Shown in pieces: positions 38,706 through 50,386 of a stretch of DNA of 64,000 nt. Below the pieces are notes generated by a model, which was not told the DNA's origin, made no database searches, and worked only from the letters and a program-made list of their open reading frames with translations. This stretch comes from Octopus bimaculoides (lineage: Eukaryota): assembly GCF_001194135.2 (NCBI RefSeq), contig NC_068993.1, positions 36,289,551-36,353,550 on the forward strand. The letters are read 5' to 3'. Within the stretch, counting starts at the first letter, position 1; each line of letters starts with the position of its first letter. The position numbers and the translations under genes were made by a program.

Positions 38706-41168
38706 CAGCTGCCCACGCAGACTTTCGCTAACTCCTTCGTACTCCACATATTTCCCTATTAATTATTAAACAACCTGATCTACTCACTGACTTATTGAGT
38801 ACTGCGTTAGGTATGTGCATTATGTCATTCCCCTTTGTTTAACGGATTGTAGGTTTTCTTTCTCATGTAGCTTGTAAATGTAAACACTTGAGCCGATCGG
38901 AATGAAGCCTTTACTAGTAATCATTTCTACCATAGGCAAAAAGGCCTGAAATTTGCGGGGAGGGGCAAGTGTATTACATCGACTCCGGTGTTCATCTGGT
39001 AAGTCTTTCAACCCGAAAGGATGAAAGGCAAATCGATCTCGGCGGAATTTGTACTTGGAAGGTAAAGACGGAAGAAATGCCGCTAAGCATTTTGTCCGGA
39101 GTGCTAACAATTCTGTCAGCTCACCCAATGGCTTTTCATATAGGTATTAGGCCGTACATTTTATTGGTATTAGGCCGTACAAATGGCTTGCACATTTATT
39201 GGTATTAGACAGTACAAATGGCCTGAACTTTTGAGAGGAGTGGCTAGTTGATTACCCTGACCCCAGTGCTTAACTGGTACTTATATTATCGACCCCTAAA
39301 ACAACGAAAGGCAAAGTTGATCCCGGAAGAAATGCTTATAAGCATTTTGTCCGACGTGCTAACATACATAATTAACGTCATAATTAACGTCAGAACTTTC
39401 AATTATGAAAGGTGAATTCGGTTCTAGTAAGAAACGAGCTCAATACAGCAGCTCATTTATTTCGGCGCCTTGCTGTTTCTGCCGACTTGTCACTCTACTA
39501 AGTGTCTCTAATATAAGTACAAGGCCAGAAATTTAGGGAGAGGGTTAGTCGATGAAACCAACTTCAGTATATGACTGGTACATTATTTTACCAACTCTCA
39601 AAAAATGAAAAATTAAGTTGACCTCGTAGATAAGAGAATTTGAACTTGCAACGCAAACAACCGACAAGTCTTTGTTTGGTATGCTAACGATTCTACCAAT
39701 CGACCGTGACGGTACTGCTGTGATTTAGATAGTGATGATTTCCAACAATATCTCAAGCCCCTAAGTCAATAGGTGCATAAGATGGTTTAATCTACTCTAG
39801 AACACAACGAGAGACGAAGAAACGAAGACTTTACTTTTGGGAGTTCTGAGTAAGGCCAAGATTAGTGGACAGTTGCCTCTTGAATGGTAGTATGCAGGCC
39901 AATGACTAAAAAGAAAAGACCAATTTTCATCTTTTTCGAGCCAATCAAATAAGTACCAGTTAAACTCTGGGGTCGAAATTGTTGGTCTTGTGCCAAATTT
40001 TGAAACTATTATTATAACGGTTGAAACTTTAATGAAATCCATAAGTCCTAAAAATCAAATTAAGCCAATTCCTGCTGTTTCTCTTGCATGATTTATTATC
40101 TTGTCTCAATGTTTATACCCCATCTGCTCTAACAGCACCCAGCTGTCTCCACAATTGTTATTTCTTACCTCTCTCTATCTACGACAACCATCTTTAATAA
40201 CGCCTTTTATAACCTGATTATAACAAGTTTCCGTGAACCTTCCAAGTCAGTATTGCAGTTTTTGAATATATATATGTATGTGTGTGCATGTGTGTTTGTG
40301 CAATACACATACACATATATCTACATACACATACATTCACATATGGTAAAGACCTCTTTCGGTCATGAATGACCTTGGTATTGCAACTAGAATGTTACCC
40401 TCTGAGGCACGCATATATAGGTTTCTATATACACATACATATATATGGGGGGCGTCTGTGTGTGTGTGCGTGCGTGTGTGTGTGGGGGGGGGTGAATAGA
40501 ACAAATAAGAGAAGTAAGGAGAGAGAGTAAGTTGTTATTTCACTCGTTTAGAGCTGTTTCATAATCTTGTTAGTTATATGATAGATATTGCACTATCATT
40601 CACATGTATACAAAATATGGAAATGAATATGTATGCGTGTGTACACCCATATAAACAGGTGAACTGCGAAGTAAAGCTAACAGACTAATCTTCAGAACGA
40701 TTCGATGTTTTGGGCTACCATGACTCTTTCTGAAGATCAATCTGTTCGTGTTACTCGTCAGCACACTTATGTATACGGGGGCGCACGCACATATATATTT
40801 ATATCTATTAATGGTTTGTAGGTACGTCATATCTCGTTATGCAATAAGATCTCATTGTTTGTTTACATCTGACGTCACGTATACGAAATGTAGCAACAAA
40901 AATATCTGTAGAGACAACCTTAACAAAGTAATGTAAAAGTGCACTGCTAGCACAGTAGAACGTGGTATTGACTTATAAAAACGTTTAATATACTTCATAA
41001 GATATTATGGTCGCTTAACGAAATACCACATACCTACAAGTCTTTAATATTTATATACCGACTTCCAGGAATGCGTTTAATATGTAAATTGGTATATTCA
41101 ATAGCTATACACCGCTATATATATAGTGAGTATTTAAGCAATGTGTTCGAGGATAATTAATGGGTTAC

Positions 41169-41228
41169 ATGGGTGCTGATGAAAGGGCAAAATCCCTCCG
41201 AAATAAGGCATATACGCCTATTACCCAT
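41169..41228 (+). ncRNA. Degenerate type I hammerhead-like motif
   Basis: ATGGGTG-CTGATGA-A AGGG CAAAAT CCCT CC-GAAA-TAAGGC ATATAC GCCTA-TT-ACCCAT. The core is intact, but stem I register is off by one and the base of stem II is mismatched. Confidence 0.5.
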
Positions 41229-43424
41229 TTTACATCTTCGACCTCATCTGACGTCTAGTATACGAAACGTAGCAACAAAAATCAGTGCTAGCTATAATTT
41301 CTATAGAATATCTGCAGAGATAACCTTAACAAAGTAATTTACATTTTATATACGCGCGTCTTCGTCTCTTATATACGTGAGAATGTCGATGTAATATCTA
41401 TTTTATAAGAAACAAGATTAGGAAATAGCTGTAAACGAATGGGATAAACATCTGTTCTCTCACCTCACTTGTGTTATCTGTTCTATTCATATGCATTCTC
41501 TCCGCCATTATAAATCCCGGATTCAGAACAACGCTGAGGTTTATCCTAAACTCAATTACGGTCATTCTTGTAAGCCATGCACTCGACAGAGAGCTTAATG
41601 TAAGATCTGTTTGATTCTTTGAATCCGTATATCTATATCTATAAGAGAGTTTGTATATGTGTATGTGTGTGTGTGTGTATTCCTTATTCATTCCAAAACC
41701 GAATATTTTTGACGTATGGGATATCAAAAGGTTCAGTACTATTTCCACTACCAACTAAACTTTATTTTCATTCACATATTTGCATTACAAAAATTTAACA
41801 TTATAATCTTTTCCATAAGTCAACTATCGTAAACATTTTATGCGATGACGACGACCATGACATCACATTTTCTATATGAATGCGTATCTTCAATGACATC
41901 CATCATTACGACACACACCTTCATTCACTCACTCTATCTCTCTCTTTCTTTTTCGCACGCACATGCACGTACACATACACACACACACATCCATTTCATA
42001 TACACATACATATATCTTTCACTTTCTCATCTCCACTTTTCGCTTTCTCTTTCCTTTGAATTTCTTCTCTCTTCAAAGCATAAACAAATAAATCTTTACG
42101 AAATGAGTGAGAGAAACACAGAATGAGAAAAAGACGGAGAGACAAGAGAAAGAAACGGAGACAGAAAACAAGTTTCTATAGGAGAAGATGAAAGACAGGG
42201 ATAGCGGGTGAGAGAGAAATGCTGGTGTTTCATACCCTATGTATGTAGTATATTTGAAAGTGAAAGAAAGCCGACAGAAAGTTGATACTGTGAGTATGTT
42301 CTACATGAAAGAAAGCCGGTACAAAAACAGGGGGAAAGCGGGAAAGAAGGAGACGCTGAGAACCCCACAAATGAGATCGGGGTCATTATTTTCAGGTCAT
42401 TTTCACTTTCGTCCCATGTTCCACGCGTGCGTAGAATTAGGCATTATCTCTCTCTTTCAAAATCTCATTATAATGTACGGATACCTTATGCTGTCAACAT
42501 ATTACAACCTCACTATATTTCCTTCTTTTAGAATTAAGAAAGGTATGCAAAAACAACTTCCTTCTGTTATTTTTTTGCTGTCCGCTGAATTGCTGCTCTA
42601 ATCTTATGGAAATTACCTTTTCCCATTCTGTCGTTCCTGTTTGAGATGAACGTATTTCAAAACCTGATCTTCCATTTAAACTTACAAGGAAGTTATCTCA
42701 GAAATCCTGTTCTTCACCTTTTGTTTCTAGCATGTCGAGATGACATTTGCGTCCATCACCCACCCACCCTTATTTCTTTCCTAAATTTCCTCACATTCCT
42801 ATGTTTTCCATACAGGAGATTTGCATTTCACCCGAAAGCAGGTAGCTGATAGGTGGCCGACGAAAAATTAAACTTTCAAAAGCAAACTATATTTCCCGTA
42901 TTCGTAAATTTTCATCCACGTGGATAAAGAACAAAATTCGAAAAACAGTTAAAAATTAGGAAATTTCAATGGGGAGGGGTGAAATTATCATTGTGAAAAC
43001 ATCATTTCTGGGTAAAATCATATTAACCTCTTTTTATTCGATGAAAGAGTACATAGTTTGTGATCCTTCTTAAGAACGTAAATCACTTTCATGCAAAGTG
43101 TCCCTCCCCACCATCTTCGCTTCTGGACAAACAATAACTTCTATTAAGTCAGTAATCCACTCCACTATATATCAGCTGACAGAATGCATTACGCTTATCA
43201 ACACCGAACATAGCCAAATCATTCAGAGTTTACCGCTTCTTCTCATAAAAACGGTATACAAATTGACATGAATTTTTCCACATCTATTCATTCGTTACTA
43301 AAAAATGAAATTATCCAATGCACAACTTCAAATTGCTATGTCATCCATCTTATACGTTCCTTAATCATTCGCTATTTTCAGCCATGCCACCAAAACGAAC
43401 ACATTCTAATTTATCTCCACAAAC

Positions 43425-44600
43425 AAGGACCGCAAAGAAAACTGCCTCTATTCTTGTCCAAGAAAACTCACTTTAGCGATTCCCAAATGTGCATTATTTC
43501 AATGCAATCCCCGACGGCAGGAGTTCTGTTCCAAACTATACTTATTGTCTGGTATGACTGCACGATGGCACACTGTGGTGCATTAGAAGCCCTAGTTAGA
43601 TCACAAAGGGATATTAGAAACAATACTGCTATTATTAGGGGTGCGGGCTTAACTGTTGTCCTCACAGGGGATTTCCGTCAAATATTACCAATCATACCAC
43701 GGGGTAGACGAGCTGACGACATCTATGTGTGTCTGGAGTTTTCACTTCTGTGGAGGTTTGTTCGTCAGCTTTCATTAAGCAACAATATGCGAGCTCATCT
43801 CTACAACGACTCCTCAGCTGAGGAATTCTTTCATCAACATCTACAAATTGGAAATGGCGCCTTGCCGTTGAATAACACCCTGCAACAGCATGTACTGCAA
43901 TGTGGGCACATAGTGTCTGCATTGGTCGAGCTTAAAGAAAAGGTATTTCCCACATTACAAGACAACTTCAAAAACATAGCATGGTTCGCAGAGCAAGCTT
44001 TTTTAGCACCTTAGAATGAAAGTGTTGACAAAATAAACCATGAACTTCTCCACATTCTACTTGGAGATGTTTCAACGTTTGTCTCCATTGATACTACCAT
44101 CGACGAACATGCCGCTGTTAAATATCTAGTTGAATTTCTCAACTCACTACAACCCACAGGACTGCCACCGCATAAGTTGTTCCTAAAGAAAGTTACACCT
44201 ACATGCACTTGAAGAAATTGGACCCACCACGACTATGCAATAGTACAAGATTAACTGTAACTACAATGACAAGTCATGTCCTAGAAGCCACCATTATTGT
44301 CAGCTGCCATCGAGGAGAGATCGCATACATTCTACTCATTCCCCTTATTCCCTCAAATGTGCCATTTTAATTCAAGCACCTCCAGTTCCCAGTGCAATTG
44401 AGCTTCACTATGACAATCAACAAAGCCCAGGGTCAAAATTGTCGGTCTCAATTAAAAATTCCCTGCTTTTCTCATGGACAACTATATGTCGCATGCTCTC
44501 AAGTTAGCAGTGCAGGTGACTTGTATATCTATTCTACCAACACTGGACTTACGCAAAACATAGTTTACCCAGGAGTATTGTCGGCTTCACTAAACATATG
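43425..44600 (+). mobile_element. Helitron Rep/Hel PIF1-type helicase relic
   Basis: LIVWYDCTMAH (Walker B DE degenerate), GDFRQILPIIPRG, LSNNMRAHL, LQIGNG, EFLNSLQPTGLPPHKL, LCNSTRL, FPVQLSFTMTINKAQGQ and FSHGQLYVACSQV. Stops and frameshifts present. Confidence 0.9.
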
Positions 44601-44936
44601 TTGAAGTGTGCAGTCTACCCAAACATTACAAAGATGATGCTTTTCACAATGAAGCATCTTTCTTTCCATGTACCTTACTTTCTATATATATATATAGCTG
44701 TAATAGCGATAATAGTGGTATGCGGTATTAGCGATAATTACACCACAGCTGGAAACTGATTGGTGATGAAAGTAGGAGATAACCCCTTACCTTTTACCCT
44801 TATAGCCGACTGGTGGTGTAGCTAAAGGACGACACAGCCGGAAGCCGATGACCAGCGGCAAAGGGGGATAATCCCCGTTGTTTCTATCTATCGTTTCCCC
44901 TTTCATATATTAAAGAGGCCATAGACCAACAGGTCT

Positions 44937-44996
44937 TAGGGTCTGACGATTAGCCATAAAGGTTACCTTTATGGTGAGAAACCCAGGGTAACACTA
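44937..44996 (+). ncRNA. Type I hammerhead ribozyme motif with canonical core
   Basis: TAGGGT-CTGACGA-TTAG CCATAAAGG TTA CCTTTATGG TGA-GAAA-CC CAG GG-TA-ACACTA. Stem II has a 9-bp perfect helix. The triplet is GUA, with predicted cut after 44990. Confidence 0.75.
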
Positions 44997-45093
44997 TAAA
45001 CCGGCCTTCACCAGTAATAAATATGATCGCTAAATCCACAAGTTTGTTTATTCTCTCTCTCTTTTTCTCTCTCTCTCTTTTTCTTTCTCTCTC

Positions 45094-45124
<31 letters not shown>

Positions 45125-45130
<6 letters not shown>

Positions 45131-45275
45131 TTATTTCCCTGTGTTCCTTCCTGTTGAAGAGCGTAGGCTCGAAACGTAAAAGACTTTCTCACTTTCCCGA
45201 GCGTCAAATTAATACACCTGCTTGTTGTTTACATACCTGTCTTCGTCTTTTGCTTTTCTTTAAATTTCAACTATA
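45125..45275 (+). mobile_element. Penelope-like terminal repeat fragment (family F)
   Basis: CTGTTGAAGAGCGTAGGCTCGAAACGTAAAAGACTTTC...CCTGTCTTCGTCTTTTG. Confidence 0.55.
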
Positions 45276-45379
45276 TATATNNNNNNNNNNNNNNNNNNNN
45301 NNNNNNNNNNNNNNNNNNNNNNNNNNNNNNNNNNNNNNNNNNNNNNNNNNNNNNNNNNNNNNNNNNNNNNNNNNNNATA

Positions 45380-45471
45380 TAGCAGAAGGAACAGAGTGAC
45401 TCAAGGTCCGAGAGTTCGATAAGTACCAGTGCATGGAACTCTCGGACCTTGAGTCACTGTTACTTCTGCTA
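45380..45471. repeat. 92-nt near-perfect hairpin
   Basis: TAGCAGAAGGAACAGAGTGACTCAAGGTCCGAGAGTTC / GAACTCTCGGACCTTGAGTCACTGTTACTTCTGCTA, with an 18-nt loop, one mismatch and a 2-nt bulge. Confidence 0.95.
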
Positions 45472-45598
45472 AATATTAATAAAAATATACATACACTTAT
45501 ATTTTGAGTTCCATTTTTCCTGTTTGCATCAATATATCTGTGTGTGCGCGCGCATGTGTATGTGTGTGCGTGTATGTGTATAAAACTAAACGGACAGC

Positions 45599-45650
<52 letters not shown>

Positions 45651-46702
45651 ATGAATGAGATATAACAAACAAACCAATTCCTTCTCCTTCTCCTTCTCCT
45701 GCAACTGCAACGATCTCTTTTCGCAATTTATGGTCACACCTTGAAGTGATCTTTAGAATTTCTGCTACTTACTTTTTTAAAAAAAAAAGACGTTAAATAC
45801 CTCTTGTTGACCCAATTACGAAACGAAGCTAACAGTCTTAGATCTCTACTGCAGAGAACTAATTATTTCCTTTATTGATGGTGGCAATCAAGTTGATGTT
45901 ATTGCTTACGAGAGGGTCAAGTTGAATTCATAGACATTGCATACTCAACGATACGATAATTTATGATAAATTGGAGAAAACAACCTGTTTAGTATCATTA
46001 TTATTACGATCATCATCATCCTAATCATCGCTGTTTTTGTTGTTGTTAATGCTGTTTGTTTGGTTGTTTCTCCTTCGAAATCAATTTTAATACACTGTAA
46101 CTTCTTGTTAATGTAACCTCATTTTTAGCAAAGGCTGTCACCACCACTACCATCATCACTCCCACTCCCATTCCCTTCCACTCCTCTCATTTCTATGTGC
46201 GCGCGCACGTATGTATGTATGTATGTATGTATGTATGTATGTATGCGTGTGCGTATATGTCTGAGTGTATGTGTAAGAATATGAGTGTATGTGTGAGAAA
46301 GAGAAGCCCAGTCACTTTCCAAGCGTTCAAATGTCTGCGTATGTGTATGTATGTATATTTATGTGTGTGTCTGTGTGTATATATACATACACATACACAC
46401 ACGGACACTTAGACACAGACACTTAGACACAAACACATACCACATAGTATTATTGCATAACATTTCTTTAACCGATGTTGGCATATCAGTATGCACGTGT
46501 CCATACACGCAAGCACGCAAACACGCACATATGCACTACATACATACATGCATACACACAACACGCTCATAAGAAACTCATAATTCAAGAAGCTAAGGCC
46601 AATTACGTAAGGGAGAACTCAATAATATAAGATTGAAGTAGCGACTCCTTTGAATAAACAATGCGTGTGGTGTGGTGAATGTGTGCGTGTGCGTGTGTGT
46701 GC

Positions 46703-46750
<48 letters not shown>

Positions 46751-46983
46751 ATTGGATGTGTGAAGCAGGTATGAAGGAGTGGTTAAGTTCACTTCGTTAT
46801 CATGAGATGTCGGGTTCCATCTTCCATCCCAACTCTCAGCAATATGATGCCTTCGCTCTTGGTGTTTTACGCTATTATTTTCCTGATCCTTACTTCCTAA
46901 ATACTTTATGGAAATCATTTATTTCATTACATTTCTCTCTCTCATTTTCTGTATTTCACTCACAGTATCTCCCCACCCTCTCT

Positions 46984-47002
46984 TTATCTATCTATCTATC
47001 TA

Positions 47003-47097
<95 letters not shown>

Positions 47098-47142
47098 GTC
47101 TGTCTGTCTGTCTATCTATCTGTCTGTCTGTCTGTCTATCTA

Positions 47143-47220
<78 letters not shown>

Positions 47221-47340
47221 NNNNNNNNNNCTATCTATTTATCTATCTATCTATCTATTTGTCTATCTATCTGTCTGTCTGTCTGTCTATCTATCTGTCT
47301 GTCTGTCTGTCTATCTATCTGTCTGTCTGTCTGTCTGTTT
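46984..47340. repeat. (TATC)/(TGTC) compound microsatellite
   Basis: Read directly from the sequence. Confidence 0.98.
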
Positions 47341-47419
47341 GTCTATCTCTTTCACTCTTTCTCTTCATTTTACTCTCCATCAAATATCCTTTTCTGCTCT
47401 CCTAACAATATTAGAATAG

Positions 47420-47850
47420 TCAAAGGCAGCGAGCTGGCATAATCGTTAGCACGCTGAGCAAAATGCTTAGTGACATTTCGTCCGTCTTGACGTTCAAATT
47501 CCGTCGAGATCGATTTTATCTTTCGTCTTCGGGGTCGATAAAATAAGTACCAGTTGAGAACTGGAATCGATATAACAGACTTCACACCTCTCCCGAATTT
47601 GTTGACCTTGTACTAAAATTTGAAATTAGTATTAGAATAGTTAGCAAGGCGGCGAACTGACAGAATCATTAGCATGCCGGGCAAAATGCTAAGCGGCATT
47701 TCGTCTGTCTTTACGTTCTGACTTCAAACTCTGCTGAGGTCGACTTTGCCTTTGATCCTTTCGAGATCGATAAAATAAGCCCTAGTTGAGTACTGGTGCG
47801 ATGTCACCGACTTACAAATTGTTGCGCTAGTTCCAAAATTTGAAACCAGT
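47420..47850 (+). mobile_element. Two tandem family C SINEs
   Basis: Heads at about 47424 and 47646, each preceded by ATTAGAATAGT. Confidence 0.8.
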
Positions 47851-47991
47851 TTTAGAATAGTCAGCGGAATTGTCAGGTTAATTAGTTTCATGAAAGACTG
47901 AGACAGCAGGAATCGTAATTTAAAAACGGAAAAACTGGATCTTATATGTTGATGTTATTCTGGGATGAAGTGGAAATTAACAATCTGTCAT

Positions 47992-48151
47992 CAATAGCGT
48001 AACTGGGAGTGGGGCGATAGTGACGGTCCAGCCCTGGTAATGCTTTTTTTGTTGAGGTCGGCACTTTTGGGTCTGCTGTATAAGCATGTATAGGGGATGG
48101 GGCGGAAAACTCAAGGGCTGCACCAGGTAACACACCCTAGCAACGCCTCCG
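47992..48151. mobile_element. Possible old hAT-type MITE
   Basis: Degenerate terminal inverted match CAATAGCGTAACTGGG / CCTAGCAACGCCTCCG around a GC-rich interior. Confidence 0.25.
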
Positions 48152-49092
48152 TCTGGCATGGATTCATTGTCGGAGGATACACTTATATCACAATATGTAT
48201 AGCTCTTATTTCTAACGACCATACTTTAAAACACTTTTCTGCATTTTCCCTCAAACAATAGATATACACAAGTTTAGAAAATTTAATACCATTACAAATG
48301 TTCTTTCTCTACATTTGTAGGTGTTTATCAAGGAGACACTTTTGAACAGCCCCTATTGTTGATAATTGTTCGTTAATGCATCAGAGAAACCTGCAACTCA
48401 CAACTTACTCATTTAAAATAAAACTACTGTACCATTATTTAACCCAAACTAGCACTGATTTGGCTCATAATATTGCATATGGTATTATCTACAACTGCTT
48501 TTCTGAGAGCGAGTTCTGTGAAAAACTTCTAGGATCCCGCGAAGTAAGATGTATTTTAATAAAATTTAATAAAAAAAGAAATTGTTGTTATCTCAGGAGG
48601 GTCATTATGCCAACAATAAACACACGTACTGATTCTATTTATTAATTAGTAAACTATTTAACCAATGGAACTAATAATTGTTTGATCAATCATTCGGCCA
48701 ATCAGTTAGTTAAGTTTGACTAATAAAAAAAAATATTTTATAAAGATATAGTATTCACCGACTTTGAATTTGTTTTGCAAGAATTTTTGATGTGAAGCTG
48801 TATGTTGAAATCAAAGGTGATATAAACAAACATTAAATGCTTGGGGAAAAGAAAGAAGAGTGAAATATAGATGAACATCAACCGGTGAGTGTGTTTATAG
48901 GCTTTATTAATTATGAATTTGCCTTTCATCCTAAAATAAGTACCACTTAAGCACTGAAGTTGACGTAACCGACTAAACCCCGCACCCCAAACTTAAGGCC
49001 TCGTGCGTATAGCAGAAAAAAAGTAAGACTTCCTAAATATAAGAATAATATTCTCATATTTTAGAATTATTATTATTGGTGTTATTGTTATT

Positions 49093-49792
49093 AGGCGGCG
49101 AGCTGGCAAAATTGTTAGCACGCTGGACGAAGTGTTTAGCGGTACCTTTGCCCGTCGCCACGATCTGAGTTCGAATTCCGTTGTGGTTGACTTTACCTTT
49201 CATCCTTTTGCGGTTTATAAATTAAGTGTCAGTTGAGTACTGGGGTCGATGTAATCGACTATCACCTCTCACAAATTTCAGGCCTTATGTCTATAATAGA
49301 AAGGATTATTATTATTGTTGTTATTGTTATTAAGGCGGCGAGCTGGCAGAATCGTTAGCACACCGGGCGAAATGTTTAGAGGTATTTTGTCTGTCGCTAC
49401 GTTCTGAGTTCAAATTCCGTCGAGGTCGATTCTGCCTTTCATCCTTTCGTGGTCGATAAATTAAGTACCAGTTACGTACTGAAGTCGATGTAATCGTCTA
49501 GTCCCCTCCCCCAAAATTTCAGGCCTTGCGCCTATTGTAGAAAGGATTTATTATTATTATTGTTGTTGTTGTTATTATTAAGTTAGCAGAATCGGTTGTA
49601 CGCCGGGCATAATATGCTTAGCAGTAATTCGTCCCTTTTTACGTTCTGAATTCAGATTCCGCCGGGGTCGACTTTGCCTCTCATCCTTCTAAGGTCGATG
49701 GAAAAGGTACCAGTCAAACACTGAGGTCGGTGTAATCAATTTACCCCCTCCCCCCAACATTTCAGGCCTTGTACCTATAGTAGAAAGGATTA
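49093..49792 (+). mobile_element. Three tandem family C SINEs separated by (ATT/GTT)n
   Basis: Units at about 49093-49305, 49332-49548 and 49582-49792, each ending TAGAAAGGATTATT. Confidence 0.85.
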
Positions 49793-50349
49793 TTATTTGT
49801 TTTGTTTCTAATATAATAAATTCTTCCTCTAAAACGAGGCTGTGTAATTTCAAATTTTAATAAGATTAGGCTAGTCAGTATTGTCCGCAAACTATAGGTA
49901 TGACGTATTATTTTTGAAGAATCGTGAAGGCTTCCTTGCCGAAATAAATTTAGGAACTACCGGCCTACGATATCGCAGGCGTTATTGACGAGAATGTCTT
50001 ACATAACATTACTGATAATATCGTGAACCATACCATAAGAGAAACGACAGGCTCACAATGGACGAGTTTCGCATGTTTGATTATGTATGTATCTGCATGC
50101 ATTCCTTCATATATATAATGATTCTTTTTTGAAATATCGGCTCTCGGCACATAACACATAAAGCTATAAATAGCAGCATGTAAATATTGGGTTGAAAAAC
50201 CTTTTTGGATAGAAATAGTCGATGGCTGTCTGTGGGAAACGAATGCACATCTCCAGTGAAGATGATAGCCTTTGACTTTTTATATCCCAAAGGATTTTCA
50301 ACCTAATATTTACATGGTGTTATTTATAGCTTTATGTGTTGTGCCTCGA

Positions 50350-50386
<37 letters not shown>

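Noticed and set aside
39140-39225. Three short repeats of GGTATTAG(G/A)C(C/A)GTACA with spacers
   Set aside because: Local slippage at a SINE tail in eukaryotic DNA. Too few, irregular units and no cas genes, so not CRISPR.
43268-43425. N-terminal part of the 248-aa ORF
   Set aside because: Only the downstream part resembles Helitron helicase, and catalytic motifs are degenerate, so this is not an intact or domesticated gene.
49910-49955. TTGAAGA...GAAA in the 200-bp repeat family
   Set aside because: No stem I, G at 16.1, and the sister copy does not keep the core.
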